Below, in pieces: positions 36,591 through 48,229 of a stretch of 64,000 nucleotides of DNA. A program made the position numbers and the translations under genes. This stretch comes from Octopus sinensis (taxonomy: Eukaryota). Positions within the stretch are counted from its first letter, which is position 1; every line of letters begins with the position of its first letter. The notes below the pieces were generated by a model. The model ran no database searches. It saw only the letters and a list, made by a program, of their open reading frames with translations, and was not told the DNA's origin. The stretch is from the NCBI RefSeq assembly GCF_006345805.1, contig NC_043007.1, positions 30,938,001-31,002,000 of the forward strand, read 5' to 3'.

Positions 36591-36839
36591 TTAGATACTC
36601 TAGTTGGATAAGCCTACTATTCTGAAAAACAGTTAATATAGTCAGAGTTTTTAGCTTCACAGAAATGAAAAAGGAGAGGAAGAGGCTATTTCTTAAAGTA
36701 AGGTCTAAGTAGTAACAAATTAAAAACTCTATAACTCCCAAGCTACTTAAACTTGAAAACTGAAATTTGAGATTTTCTGCTTCTGCTTTGCATAATGTAG
36801 ACCCTCTGTGTAGAAACTACCTACTTCTGAGTAGATACT

Positions 36840-37180
36840 GATATTCATCGACAAGAAGAGGCTTTAGCTATGGGTTCGGGATTATCACCAATAATAGCCA
36901 ATATATATATGGAATACTTTGAGAATTTGGCTTTAGGATCAATAGCACCTAAGCCAACCCTGTGATGATCCATTTATTCTCTGGCCCTACCTGGAAGACG
37001 TCCAAGTACTGCTAGATCATATGAACTCAGTAGAGCCCTCCATGAAGTTCACAATAGAAAAAGAAAAAAGAGAATCAGCTAGCATTCCTGGAAATATTAA
37101 TAAACCGCATTGAGTATGAGTTCGGGATATCTGTATACTGGATGCCAACCTTCAGAGGGCGATACCTTGACTTCAATATG
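36840..37180 (+). mobile_element. Penelope-like reverse transcriptase relic
   Basis: RQEEALAMGSGLSPIIANIYMEYFE...KPTL / DDPFILW...LDHMNSVEPSMKFTIEKE / NQLAFLEILI...VYWMPTFRGRYLDFN. Confidence 0.85.
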
Positions 37181-37229
37181 AACTGCAATATATTAAAATC
37201 AAACTTTGCATCCGACATAAGTGGACCGA

Positions 37230-37560
37230 GATTCGATTTTCACGAATCCTTGAATGAGGGCCTATGTCGGAACACCACCCCATGAACCCCGGAAAAAGGA
37301 AAGACTACCGAATAAGGTAAGTCAATGTCTCGCATTCATGTAGGGTGCATAAATGTGCGTGGCCTGATGCCGAGCTGGAAGCAAGGGCGCTTCCTAAATG
37401 ACATCAGGTCACAGGATTTAGATGTTGTTGTTGCTACAGAAACCCTGTTGAAGGACCAAGAGATCTGCCTCCGCTGTTTGGCGGTTACGAGAGGATTTTC
37501 TTTCCGAGCCGTCCTCCCAGTGGAAGTGGGGTGTTGGCCCTGTGGAAAAAAAACTGGGTT
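37230..37560 (+). mobile_element. Tx1/L1-clade ORF2 start (APE endonuclease N-terminus), truncated
   Basis: MSRIHVGCINVRGL..SWKQGRFLNDIRSQDLDVVVATET, then a frameshift. Confidence 0.75.
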
Positions 37561-37834
37561 TCTGAGAAAAAGTTAATTTTTTTCAGATCCAGAAGGTAGG
37601 CAAAAAGGGTTTTCTAGCATATTAGGATGGGTAATATTAGCATGTTACAGGAATTCATTCAACGGAAAAGGAAAAAAATTCAAATTCGCCCCTTGCCTTT
37701 TTCTGAACCAAAATAAGGGATTTGCAGCATATTAGGTCAGGGTACTTGATTCGACGCAAAAAAAAAACGAATTTTTTTTTTTTTTTTTTGTGAAAATCGT
37801 GCAGGTGTTAATCTGAAAATTTACCCTCTCTTTT

Positions 37835-37865
<31 letters not shown>

Positions 37866-38269
37866 TTCTCTCTCTCTCATTCTCTCAAGTTTTTCTTTTT
37901 AACCCAGTTGTTCATTGTAAATTTGTTTTCATTAACTTCCTGATTCAGCTGAAAGAGACTTTTAATTAGTGAGTCTTCATTATTTAGTTTAAAAGCAAAA
38001 TAAATTAAGTATATTGATTTTATTTTTTCTTCATTCAGACACAATAGAGTAAGCTGATAATGTAAGATAGTGAAATGGAGGTGTTTTTTGGGGGGTTTTT
38101 GCGACGTTCATGTGTTTCTTACTGGATCGGGAAACTGAATTCCAATGAAGAGAGTTTTGCTCGTCTGTTCCACATCTCCATCCTTGTAAAACTATTTTCT
38201 CCAACATCTCTGCCTTTGTTCTAAAGACTCCGCCGCTTACGACGACGAGGGTCCCAGCTGATACGATCA

Positions 38270-38545
38270 ACGGAACAGCTTGCTCGTGAAATTAACGTGC
38301 AAATGGCTGAGCATTCCACAGACACGTGTACCCTTAACGTAGTTCTCGGGGATAATCAGCGTGACACAGAAAGTGACAAGGCTGACCCTTTGAAATACAA
38401 GTACAACTCATTTTTGCCAGCTGAGTGGACTGGAGCAACGTGAAATAAAGTGTCTTGCTCAAGGACACAACGCGTCGCCGGGAATCGAACTCACAACCTT
38501 ACGATCATGAGCCGAATGCCCTAACCACTAAGCCACGCGCCCTCA
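38270..38545 (-). mobile_element. Family C tRNA-derived SINE
   Basis: Minus head gcgtggcttagtggttagggcattcggctcatgatcgtaaggttgtgagttcgattccc, then ttgagcaagacactt. Confidence 0.85.
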
Positions 38546-38629
38546 CCTGCCTTTGTTACCCTTCTGCTGTAATAAGACAACCTACAGCTAGGCAATGGAG
38601 TTATCTCCCTTACAACCCATCACAGAAAC

Positions 38630-39050
38630 TCACTCCTCCTCTTTCTGTCTCTGTCTCTCGCTCTCTCTCTTTCTGTCTCTTCTCCTCTCTCTCTCCCTTT
38701 CTCTATCTCTCTCCCCTCTCTGTCTATCTCCCCCTCTCTCTTTGCCTCTGTCTCTCTCTCTCCCTCCCTCTCTCTCTTTCCTCCTCTTTATCTTCTGTCT
38801 CATCTCTGTCTCTCTCTCCTCCTCTCTCTCTGTCTCTCTATCTCCTTCTCCCCCTTTCTGTCTCTGTCTCTATCTCCTTCTCCCCCTTTCTATCTCTGTC
38901 TCTATCTCCTTCTCCCCCTCTCTGTCTGTCTCTCTATCTCCTCCCTCTTTCTGTCTCTCTCTTTCTCTCCCCTTCTTTATCTTCTGTCTCTCTCTCCTTC
39001 TCTCCTCCCTCTCTGTCTCTCCCTGTATATAATCTCTCTCTCTCCTTCAA
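38630..39050. repeat. CT-rich low-complexity tract just upstream of KIF16B
   Basis: About 420 bp of almost pure pyrimidine (CT)n variants. Confidence 0.9.
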
Positions 39051-39194
39051 AACCTGTCATGTGCCATTTCAAGATGGTCGTCCCTCTCTGGCCTTCCGTC
39101 GGTCTCTGAATTTCGGCCTCCTTCTTTCTGGATCTACCAACTTTCTTCATACATGTTTCTCATCGCTGATTATTAATTAATTCCTTCTTCCAAA

Positions 39195-39241
39195 ATGACG
39201 TCCGTTAAAGTAGCCGTGCGTGTGAGGCCCATCAACCAGAG
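39195..39241 (+). CDS. KIF16B: Kinesin-3 KIF16B, coding exon 1
   Basis: aaaATGa start; MTSVKVAVRVRPINQ(R) with the kinesin VAVRVRP motif; the donor is AG|GCAAGA (GC-type). Confidence 0.85.
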
Positions 39242-39579
39242 GCAAGAGCCTTTCATCTTTCCTTTCGCATTGTTTTTATGTCCAAAGTAAAACTTGCTGG
39301 TCACTAATTGCATATATAAAATACTTATATATATATGTGTGTGTGTATATATAATATCAATATATAATACGTGTGGTATTATTGATAAAGTGTTTGATTG
39401 ACTGTAAAACCTGTCAGCTGCTTCCTTTATTTCTTTCAGGTCAAATCTTTTCCATTGTCAGCAGAGTTTATATTATTTATGAAACTTTATAACACTAATT
39501 GTTAAGCATTTTAATGTTTGCTTCTCATAAAACGGTGTGTGTTTAATTTACCGTTTAATTATTACTTACGATGGTGCTA

Positions 39580-39803
39580 CTTGAGGGGAACAGTGGTCCC
39601 GGTGCGCGCACTCGCCTAGTCGCGCATCCGCGCTAGCTAGTCGTGACTGGTCGATCCTTACTTTGTGTTTTTGTGTGTTTATTTGCTTTGTTTAACAAAA
39701 ATTATTTATTTCGTGTTTTATTTACTTTGCTGAGGAGTCTAGTAGGATCGACTAGTCACGACTAGCTTACGCGAGTGCGCGCACTGGGACCACTGTTCTC
39801 AAG
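39580..39803. mobile_element. CpG-rich fold-back MITE-like element
   Basis: cagtggtcccggtgcgcgcactcgc...agctagtcgtgactggtcgatcct / aggatcgactagtcacgactagct...gcgagtgcgcgcactgggaccactg. Confidence 0.7.
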
Positions 39804-40647
39804 TTCTTAATTGTTATTTACGATTATTTAAGACAAACACAAGTAAAACGCAAATCCTTTCCACTTTAATATCCTCGTCTATATTTAATTTCATCAATTC
39901 GCTTCGATCTCTTTAGGGTAAACAAAATAAAAAAAGTTTGGTAAATATATTCATTGTTAACGAAAGTTATTTAATTCATGGAAACAAAGAGGAGACATTG
40001 CTGGGTGGAAGCTTTATCATGTGTAGCTATGTGTCCGACTTTCTGAGGTTCAATCTTCAAAGACTTCCTCAGTTAGTATCATTGTTGTGGGACGAATTAG
40101 TTCATGGCATACTCTCTCTCCTTGTAAAACAGTCTTCTATTTCCAAAATAGATAAAGCTGGCAATGGTTATTTTCATGTTTGCATTTAAGGTAGAGAATT
40201 GTTGATAAAAACTTTATAAACAGTGATCTCATCTAAAGTTCTTGTTCCCATAATATGTAAAATTAATTTGGTAAGATCTATGGGACCCTTTTCTGGGATG
40301 AGTCCTGATTACAGGGACATCGTTTATCAAGAATAGAATAACAAAGGAACCTCTACATGGTTGCTCAGCACGGGAGAAATAACAGCAAAACATCCCTCAG
40401 AAACACACTACTGTCTTTCTAAATGAAGGACACGTTGGGTAAAGTTGTCCCCGACATAGGAAAAGACAAGGTTGTCACAACTGGAACGCCTTTGATTATA
40501 GGGTTGCCTAATTAGGACTTACCTTGGGCTAAACAACAACAGATCGTGATTTCGGTGAAAGTTTTAGACTAAATATTTTGGGCGATGAATTTCTTCTATT
40601 TTAGCAAAATATCTTCAATTAAAAAGAAAATAATAATAATTTGAAAC

Positions 40648-40689
<42 letters not shown>

Positions 40690-41144
40690 AAACAAGTCAA
40701 AAATAGAAAATGCTAAAATAATTTTATAGTGAACATTTCAGTACCGGTTTCGGTCATTTTGAGACCTTTTCAACTGTAACGATTAAATAATTAAATTTAG
40801 AAAAATTAGAAGAAAAGTTTTTTTAAAAGAATATTTCTATAGTAGTGTTCAGATTTAAGTGGCATTCTGCCTTTCTCTGACTCCCTTGTTTGCACTTGTG
40901 TGTCGGAGGTCGTTGTGAGTTCTTGGAAGGGTAGTAGAGGAAGAAGGCTGGTGGGGAAAGGGGGATGGGAGAATCTGGGAGTGCCCTGATGGTCGTATTT
41001 TGAATGGTCAGTGGCGGCTGGCAGTCTCAGTTCAATTCAGGAGAATATTTATATTGACAGGCTTGTTTATAGAATTAGCGTAGGTTTATAGAATTAGCGT
41101 AGGTGTTATACTAAAAAACATTAGTGACAAAGTTAAGGGGTAGG

Positions 41145-41312
41145 GGGTGGAGAAGGAGAAGATGACGATGATGGTGGTGGTGGTGATGATTATGACGACG
41201 ATGATAATGATGATGATGAAGAAGAAGGAGGAGAAGGAGAAGATGGTGGTGATGATGATGACGACGATGATGATGATAATGATGATGATGAAGAAGAAGA
41301 GGAAGAAGAAGA
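41145..41312. repeat. (GAT)n/(GAA)n/(GGT)n trinucleotide array
   Basis: Two similar blocks of mixed triplets. Confidence 0.9.
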
Positions 41313-42774
41313 CATTTACATACACACACTTGCTCCCTTTGTTTTAAGCCCTTCATTTATTCTATATAAACATATAAGGCAAATTTTAATCGCTTGAACT
41401 TTATCCTTGTAACCTATTTAATCACTTTGTAGTCGAATCGGATCTACTTCTAAGTATATGAAGTCATAACGCACTTGTTTGGGGTTAATTATTGCATATT
41501 CAGTACTTGCATGAACTCTCGAAGACAATTTAATTCATTCACACTCTTAAAATATATATACACTCGTTTTGTTTACGTTCAACTTTTTTTTTACTGTTTG
41601 TCTACAATCGTTTCATGAAGAAGAAAAGCTGTGGTTTGTCACAGATGGATCGAAGCAGGACAGGATTTCTAATTATGTCAATACTGCGAAGTTTTTTTTT
41701 TTTTGTTTTTTGTTTTTTCTAAAAAAAGAAAATTCGATTTACTATTAACAAATTGATTTTGTTACTTTTGCAGTTTTAGACATTAAAGTGAACAAATTCA
41801 CAACTTTTGAAGACGTTCTCCTTCGAGAAATTCTACACAATCGCTCCACCTATTCGAAATAACAGCCAAATCTCTCTCATATAAACACCCTAACCCATCT
41901 TTAAGAAAGTATACTTTGTCCCGAGTATAGCTGAAATGTTTGTTAATCATCATTTCTTCTTAATTAGGGCCGACCTGGGGTTCAACACAGCAACATTCAA
42001 ATATCTGAATGAGGTAAATGTTTTGTCAGTGTTCCTAGTGAAGTATTGCTTTCTGTGTACATCTTCAAACACCCTGGGTTATTTCGGTATGAGTTCTGCA
42101 GCAGAATTCAACGATATTTTTCCTACACTCAAATAACTCTTGGCTTTGAAACACTTTAGTAAAAATTACTTAAATTGAAAATATAACGCCAGCAAAAGAA
42201 GATCTATTGTTTAGGAAATAATATAAGGACTAATCCCTTTTCTTTTTGAACTTTTCTTAAAAGCCAGGCTTTATCACTTCAAAGTCTCGTTCAGAATTTG
42301 CTTGTTTTCCCTTCGTCATAAACTTTCTCTTCTAACTTCATCTAACTTCATCCCATGACTGATGACACAGCTTCCCTGGCACCGTTCTCTCAGTGTCATT
42401 TTGTTTTATTTTCTTCTTGTCTTTGTGTTAGTTAGCTTTTACAAATCAGTTTCACATACTTCAAAAACGTATAAATCAAAAAGTTTTCTCATTACAAATT
42501 ATTCCCATGCCATGGTGTTTATATATGTTAGACCTGACCGTCGTCACCCGATATTTCATTTAGATATTTTGTAAACACTGAAATTGTCATTGGTAACTTC
42601 AATGCTTACGACTATTCTTGGCTCCCAGACTGATGCCATTGGCATAGAACTGAACTATTTACAATCCTCGCCTTCCTACATCAACTAGTTTCATACAGTT
42701 CTATACTTAAGAGTTGAGGAATTATGTACATTATTTACATTTGACGGATATTTGTCCTTATCTTGTTTGTTGTT

Positions 42775-42819
42775 AACACAACGTTTCGGCTGTTATACCC
42801 CCCAGCCTTCATTAAGTGT
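42775..42819 (-). ncRNA. Minimal type I hammerhead ribozyme-like motif (core mutated to TTAATGA)
   Basis: Minus strand gacac-TTAATGA-a-ggctg(ggggtataa)cagcc-GAAA-cg-TT-gtgtt. Confidence 0.55.
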
Positions 42820-43083
42820 CTTGGGGAAGTTTCGAATCTGGGTTCTCATTCCTATGGTACTTTTCGCTGTTGTTGTTGTTATTATTCAGGTCACTGCTTG
42901 GAATCGAACTCGGAATTTTGGGGTTAGTAACCCGTGCTCTTAACCACTACACCATATGGCTAAGAGCGCGGACGACTAACCCCAAGATTCCGAGTTTGAT
43001 TCTTGGCAGTGACCTAAATAATAATAACAACAACATCGAAAAATACCTTAGGAACGAGAACCCAGGTTTGAAATTTCCCCCAA

Positions 43084-43129
43084 GACATCTGATGAAGGCT
43101 GGAGGGTATATCAGCCGAAACGCTGTGTT
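43084..43129 (+). ncRNA. Minimal type I hammerhead ribozyme-like motif (this copy has U16.1 to C)
   Basis: gacat-CTGATGA-a-ggctg(gagggtatat)cagcc-GAAA-cg-CT-gtgtt. Confidence 0.6.
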
Positions 43130-43479
43130 AACAACCGTCAAATGTAAATAATGAACTAGTTTCATTCTCTATATGTGTCCCTGATACTCTGAATACATTT
43201 GAACTCTTTTTAAACTCAAAACCCAAGGTCTGCCAAACTGAAATTGTCTTTGCCCCTATCAGATCATGCCTTCTGCAACTGCCCATCACAAATCCACACG
43301 TAACGTCCCACCACCTCTTGGACTATAGAGGATTTCAGTTTAGCTGGCTGGTTGGGGTTCTGTTATTCATAACTACTAGTTCTATGCTAAGTGACCGGCA
43401 TGAAACTTACCGAAACTCAGATACTCCTGCATCAGGCAAAGCATAAAGCAGTCATCAGCCACCTTCAGTTCATCATCCT

Positions 43480-44340
43480 CTTGTAGGTTTACCTGCTGAT
43501 GGTTCCTGTCGATCATCTAGTGCCAGTTCATCTTTGGATGTCCCCTTTGCTGTTGCCCCTGAGGGTTCCACTTAAAGACTTGTTTAGGAGTCTTAGAACA
43601 TTTCCCAGCCAACTCAGTCAGAGATGGTATATGGTGATGGATATTGTGCATTGGCCTGCTCTCCTCCTGATGTTGATGCTAATAAAGTTGTTCCATTTTA
43701 TATCTGATATTTCCAGTGTCATCTTCTGTCGTGTCAGAAGCATCCAGTTTCTTTTCTTGAATGGTTATCAGGTGTTGTGTTCCTGAACCATATAGAAAGG
43801 TGGAAAGCGTATTGGAATGGTATTTGGTTAGACGCATTCAATGCATTCCGTTGGCATGAAACCCCTCTCAAATACACTCTATCATCTTACATTCTGTCTC
43901 CTCTCTCTTCCTTTTCTTCCACTACTACAGTAGTCACTCGATACTCCTCAGAGGTGGGTGGTCTTATTCCATCTCCATTTAGGTACTCCTGATTTATTTG
44001 TCTCTTTTTTTCATCGCCCATATTGTATCCAAACTCCCAGACCCTATACTCTCTACTATGTTCAGTCCTTTCTTACCAGAAAATCAACTCTTTGGACATT
44101 TCTTCCTAAATTTTTTTCCTGTAATCATCAACTGGTAATATTTTAAATGGAATATTGAGGAAATTGATCTCACTGGCTTTGCAGTGCCTCTGAAGGTCCA
44201 TGGAGACAGCTCCTTTCTCCAGGCCAAAGTAATACAAAAATATATTCTCCTGGATAAGCCACTAGAGTTTGTTGTTATATCTTTTACATTGTCGGAAGGA
44301 GCTGTTTTAAGTTGATGTTCCTTTTTGTACAGTTGACTGT
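43480..44340 (-). mobile_element. Old RTE-like LINE fragment
   Basis: Minus-frame remnants WLGNVLRL..KQVFKWNPQGQQQRGHPKMNW. Confidence 0.5.
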
Positions 44341-44436
44341 AAAAAGTCATGTGTAAGGAGGACAATATCACAGAGCCAACATTTTTGAGAATGAAAGAAA
44401 GGACTTGTAGTTTGGAGGGGGAATTAGGATGGAGTA

Positions 44437-44672
44437 AATACCTATTTCTTTACTACCCACAAGGGGCTAAACATAGAGGGGACAAACAAAGACAGACAAA
44501 TGGATTAAGTCGATTATATCGACCACAGTGCGTCTCTGGTACTTAATTTATCGACACCGAAAGGATGAAAGGCAAAGTCGGCCTTGGCGGAATTTGAACT
44601 CAGAACGTAACGGCAGACAAAATACCACTAAGCATTTCACCCGGCGTGCTAACGGTTCTGCCAGCTCGCCAC
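44437..44672 (-). mobile_element. Family B SINE ending in the multimer linker
   Basis: Head, one module and linker cacaaggggctaaacatagagg. Confidence 0.8.
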
Positions 44673-45144
44673 CGTAAACGATGATGATGATGATGTCTCT
44701 TTTTTTCATGAACACAACAGAGATTTGGTGTGAGGTGTTTATGTTGCATGTGAATAATGCATGCAGAAAGTTTAGGGAAGTATGAAGAGGGGTTTCATTT
44801 GCATAGGAATAAGTATTGTGGGAGGGAATGACAAGTAGGTAGGCTGTTGATGTATAAGGGCAGAGTGTAGGGGAACAGAATCAAATTTCAGATCACAGCT
44901 GCATTGACAGAGAGAGCTCAATAGATACACGTTTCAACTGTGTTGTTGTGTAGACCCAAGTATGTGTGTATGCTACACACACACACAAATAAAGCCACAT
45001 GGCCCAGTGGTTAGGGTGTAGCACTCGTGATTGCAAGATAAGGGTTTCAATTCCTAGACCGGGTGGTGCGTTGTATTCTTGAGCAAAGCGCTTCATCTCA
45101 TGTTGCTCTGCAGTCACTCCAACATCTGACATATGCTACATTGT

Positions 45145-45640
45145 GCAACATCATCATCGTTCGACCGTGGTCGAGACAATGGAATTTACTGTGTTACGCC
45201 AGACCTCACGGTCCATCATAGCATTACGGAGGTCCTGTTGCTGGATGCCTGTATCCCTGGAGATTACATCAGGGTAGGAGAGTGTGCGCCCTCTGGTATC
45301 GCGAGCAGATGGCTTCCAGGGGAGAAGAGTAGAAATTACCTCGTTTTCAGCTCTACAACAATGTCCAGCAAACTGGACTCTTCTACCTTTCACAAGAGAT
45401 GACACAGGTGGTAGTTTCCCATATATTTGTACTTTGGTTGGATGACTCTTCCGCAAGAGATTTTGAGCTCTCATAAGGAGGCAGGTGTAAGTTCCATCCA
45501 ACCACCTGTCAAGCTTCTTTGATAACGTCCAGGTTTCTGAGCCATATAATAGAATTGGTTTGACTGTGGCTTTGAAGATTTTAAGTTTGAAATCTCTACT
45601 TAGATTTGATGACCAGATCTTCTGCATATCATTACAGGCA
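45145..45640 (-). mobile_element. RTE-clade LINE 3' end
   Basis: KIWSSNLSRDFKLKIFKATVKPILLYGSETWTLSK...RVQFAGHC; (GAT)n tail at 45147-45156. Confidence 0.85.
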
Positions 45641-47623
45641 ACGTTGAATTGATGGAGGGAATGAGCTTTACCTACAGCACATACATTTGGTCACTCTAAA
45701 CAAATTATCTGTACTGGTCGTTCAGTAAAAAGTTGTGGCACCTCATCTATCATTTACAACAGAAGAGTCCACCACCACTGCCACACAAACACACATTTGG
45801 AAGGTTGTTTGTTATGGCTGGTCAGAGAGTGACCTTAGCTGTGTAGGTCACTTGTCAAACTCAATGGCAAGATACACTATCTGTGGGTGTGAGTGTGCAC
45901 TCTTTTAAAGAATAACGGATATTATGATTTTTACTTTTAAGTGGTCTTCTCGCTCGTTGTCTGTAATTATTTCTTGATTGCTTTTTACCTTTTATGGTGA
46001 TACTTCCTAACTAATCTTTTGATTCGGCTACAATTTGTTTTACTATTGTATAAAATTGTCTGCTGCAATCTCCAGACATAGCTGGTCTGGGAACCATTTA
46101 CAGCCAGTGATGACCGTACAATATCTCTGGTGGTCAACCCTTTAGCTTTCACATCATTCTGTCAAATGTATTTGCTTGTTTATTCAAAGTGCTTTGAATT
46201 AATCCTGCATTATCCTGTAACTTGAAGATTTCAATGATATGATAGTTTATTTTTTGAATTACATTAAGATTGGAGCCTGGTGCAGCCATCTGGTTCGCCA
46301 GTCCTCAGTCATTCGTCCAACCCATGCTAGCATGGAAAGCGGATGTTAAATGATGATGATGATGATGATTACCGAGTAGGAGTGAGAGGCCAAATCTGGT
46401 TGGCTTGAACATAAAACAGGTAAAATATTTTGGCCAGATATCATCATCATCATTATCATCGTAATTTAACATCCATTTTAAGCCATGAAGCTGGCAGAAG
46501 GGTTAGCACACTGGGCGAAATGCTTAGAGGTATTTCGTCTGAGTTCAAATTCTGCTGAAGTCAACTTTGCTTTTCATCCTTCCGGGGTCGATAAATTAAG
46601 TACCAGTTGCGTACTGGTGTTGATCTAATCAATTGGCATCCTCCCCCCAAATTTCAAGCCTTGTGCCTAGAGTAGAAACAAATTTAACATCTGTTTTCTA
46701 TCCTGACATGATTTGACACAGCTGGTCAGCTGGAGGGCTGCTCAAGCTTCAGTTGTCTGTTTTGGCATGGTTTCTACTGTTGGATGCCCTTTCCTAATGC
46801 CAACCACTTTACAGTGTACTGGGTGCTCTTTACGTAACATTGACATGGGTGCTTTTTATGTGGCACCATCACAGGTCCTTCTTACGTGGCGCTGACACAA
46901 GTGCTTTATACATGGCTCCAGCATGGGTACTTCTTATGTGGCACTGGCATGGGTCTTTTTATGTGACACCAAAACAGGTGCTTGCTTGAATGCTTTAAAC
47001 ACTTAAGCACTAAAAACAATGGCTTCAGAGACAATACCCTATGATTTTTAACTCTTCTCAATCTCAAAAATCTCAGACGATCATCATCATTATCATCATT
47101 TGGCAGTTTTAAATGGTTTCAAATTTTGGCTCAAGGCCAACCTCATCAGGAGAGCAGGCAAACTGAATACATTGACACAGTGTTCAAGTGTTGCTTATTA
47201 TATCAACCTAACCTCATAAATGGCCAATGTAATTGGTAATAAATTATCTGTTGACAGGGACACCAGAAGTCAGGGATTGCACCTCACTCCTTTGCTCTCT
47301 TGTCAGGCTAATGTGTTTGTGTGTGTGGTGGTGGTGGTGGGGACTATGGTGTTATGTAAACACCTTTTCTTATGTGTGTCCCCCTACCTCCAGCTTGCCT
47401 TATATATTTCCCATGCTTTTGGCTATAGAGTTCTTTGTTCTTGAGTGAACCACAAGTCACCTTGCTGCTGTTAACTCAATGTGTCTGTCCCAGCCATGAC
47501 TATCCTGTCTGCTTGTATATGAGGGAGACTACATGGTGGTTTAGTCATTAATGATACAAAGTTGCCATTAATGATAACCTCTGCCATTGTTCTCCGTCAC
47601 AGAGGAAGTCTTGTTTAGTGTCC

Positions 47624-48007
47624 ACTAGCAGTATCGCCCGGCGTTGCTCGGGTTTGTAAGGGAAATAACTATATAAGCATTTTTAGAGATGTAAAGTATA
47701 ATAGCCATCTCAATATGGCTAACCATAAAGGGGGGGGTTACTGTAGCTTTTTACGTTCTGAGATTTAATAATACATTTTTAGAGAGTTACTTCCCTTATA
47801 TATGCCAAAAATGCATTAAAAATGGGAAAAAATTGATGGTAAATTTATTTTTATATCGTAGACTTATCGTAGACGCGCGCTAATACCCAGAAGGGCTCGA
47901 TATGAATCACGACTATAAGATACACTGCACCGCAAAATGTGGGAGTAGTTAGGAATCTAAATCGTAGGAGACAGACAGCACACGACCTCACTTTTATATA
48001 TAAAGAT
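47624..48007 (+). mobile_element. Helentron/HINE-like element, type H2
   Basis: actagcagtatcgcccggcgttgctcgggtttg start, cttttatatataaagat end; inverted copy at 58614-58919. Confidence 0.7.
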
Positions 48008-48229
48008 TAGTCTTTTGATGATATGATCAAACTCTGTTGGAAATACTGACCTCAGTCAACCATTCATTGGTTGTTTCAACATTTCTGGTTCACAGAAGAC
48101 ACTTCATTCAGCATTTCTAGACTTTTGCAAACCCTTAATTTTTATACTTTACTTATTCTAGTCGTTAGACTTTGGCCATGCTGGGGCATCACCTTGAAGG
48201 ATTTTGGCAGATGCACAGGGGCAATAAAC

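Larger units (their letters stand above)
42695..43153. mobile_element. Family E tRNA-derived SINE, head-to-head inverted pair with 12-bp TSD (locus 2)
   Basis: Minus arm 42695-42960 has A-box (tggtgtagtggtt) and B-box (gagttcgattcc) matches. Plus arm 42961-43153. AACTAGTTTCAT at 42683-42694 and 43154-43165 flanks the pair. Confidence 0.85.

Noticed and set aside
38455-39180. 241-aa ORF, the longest in the track
   Set aside because: A Leu/Ser translation of the CT tract starting inside a SINE; it has an alternative TTG start and no domain.
39222-39227. GTGAGG as a canonical GT donor for KIF16B exon 1
   Set aside because: It would delete part of the conserved VRVRP motif and break the frame with exon 2.
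41111-41356. Poly-His and poly-Met/Lys ORFs
   Set aside because: Translations of a (GAT)/(GAA) triplet array with no splice signals or domain.
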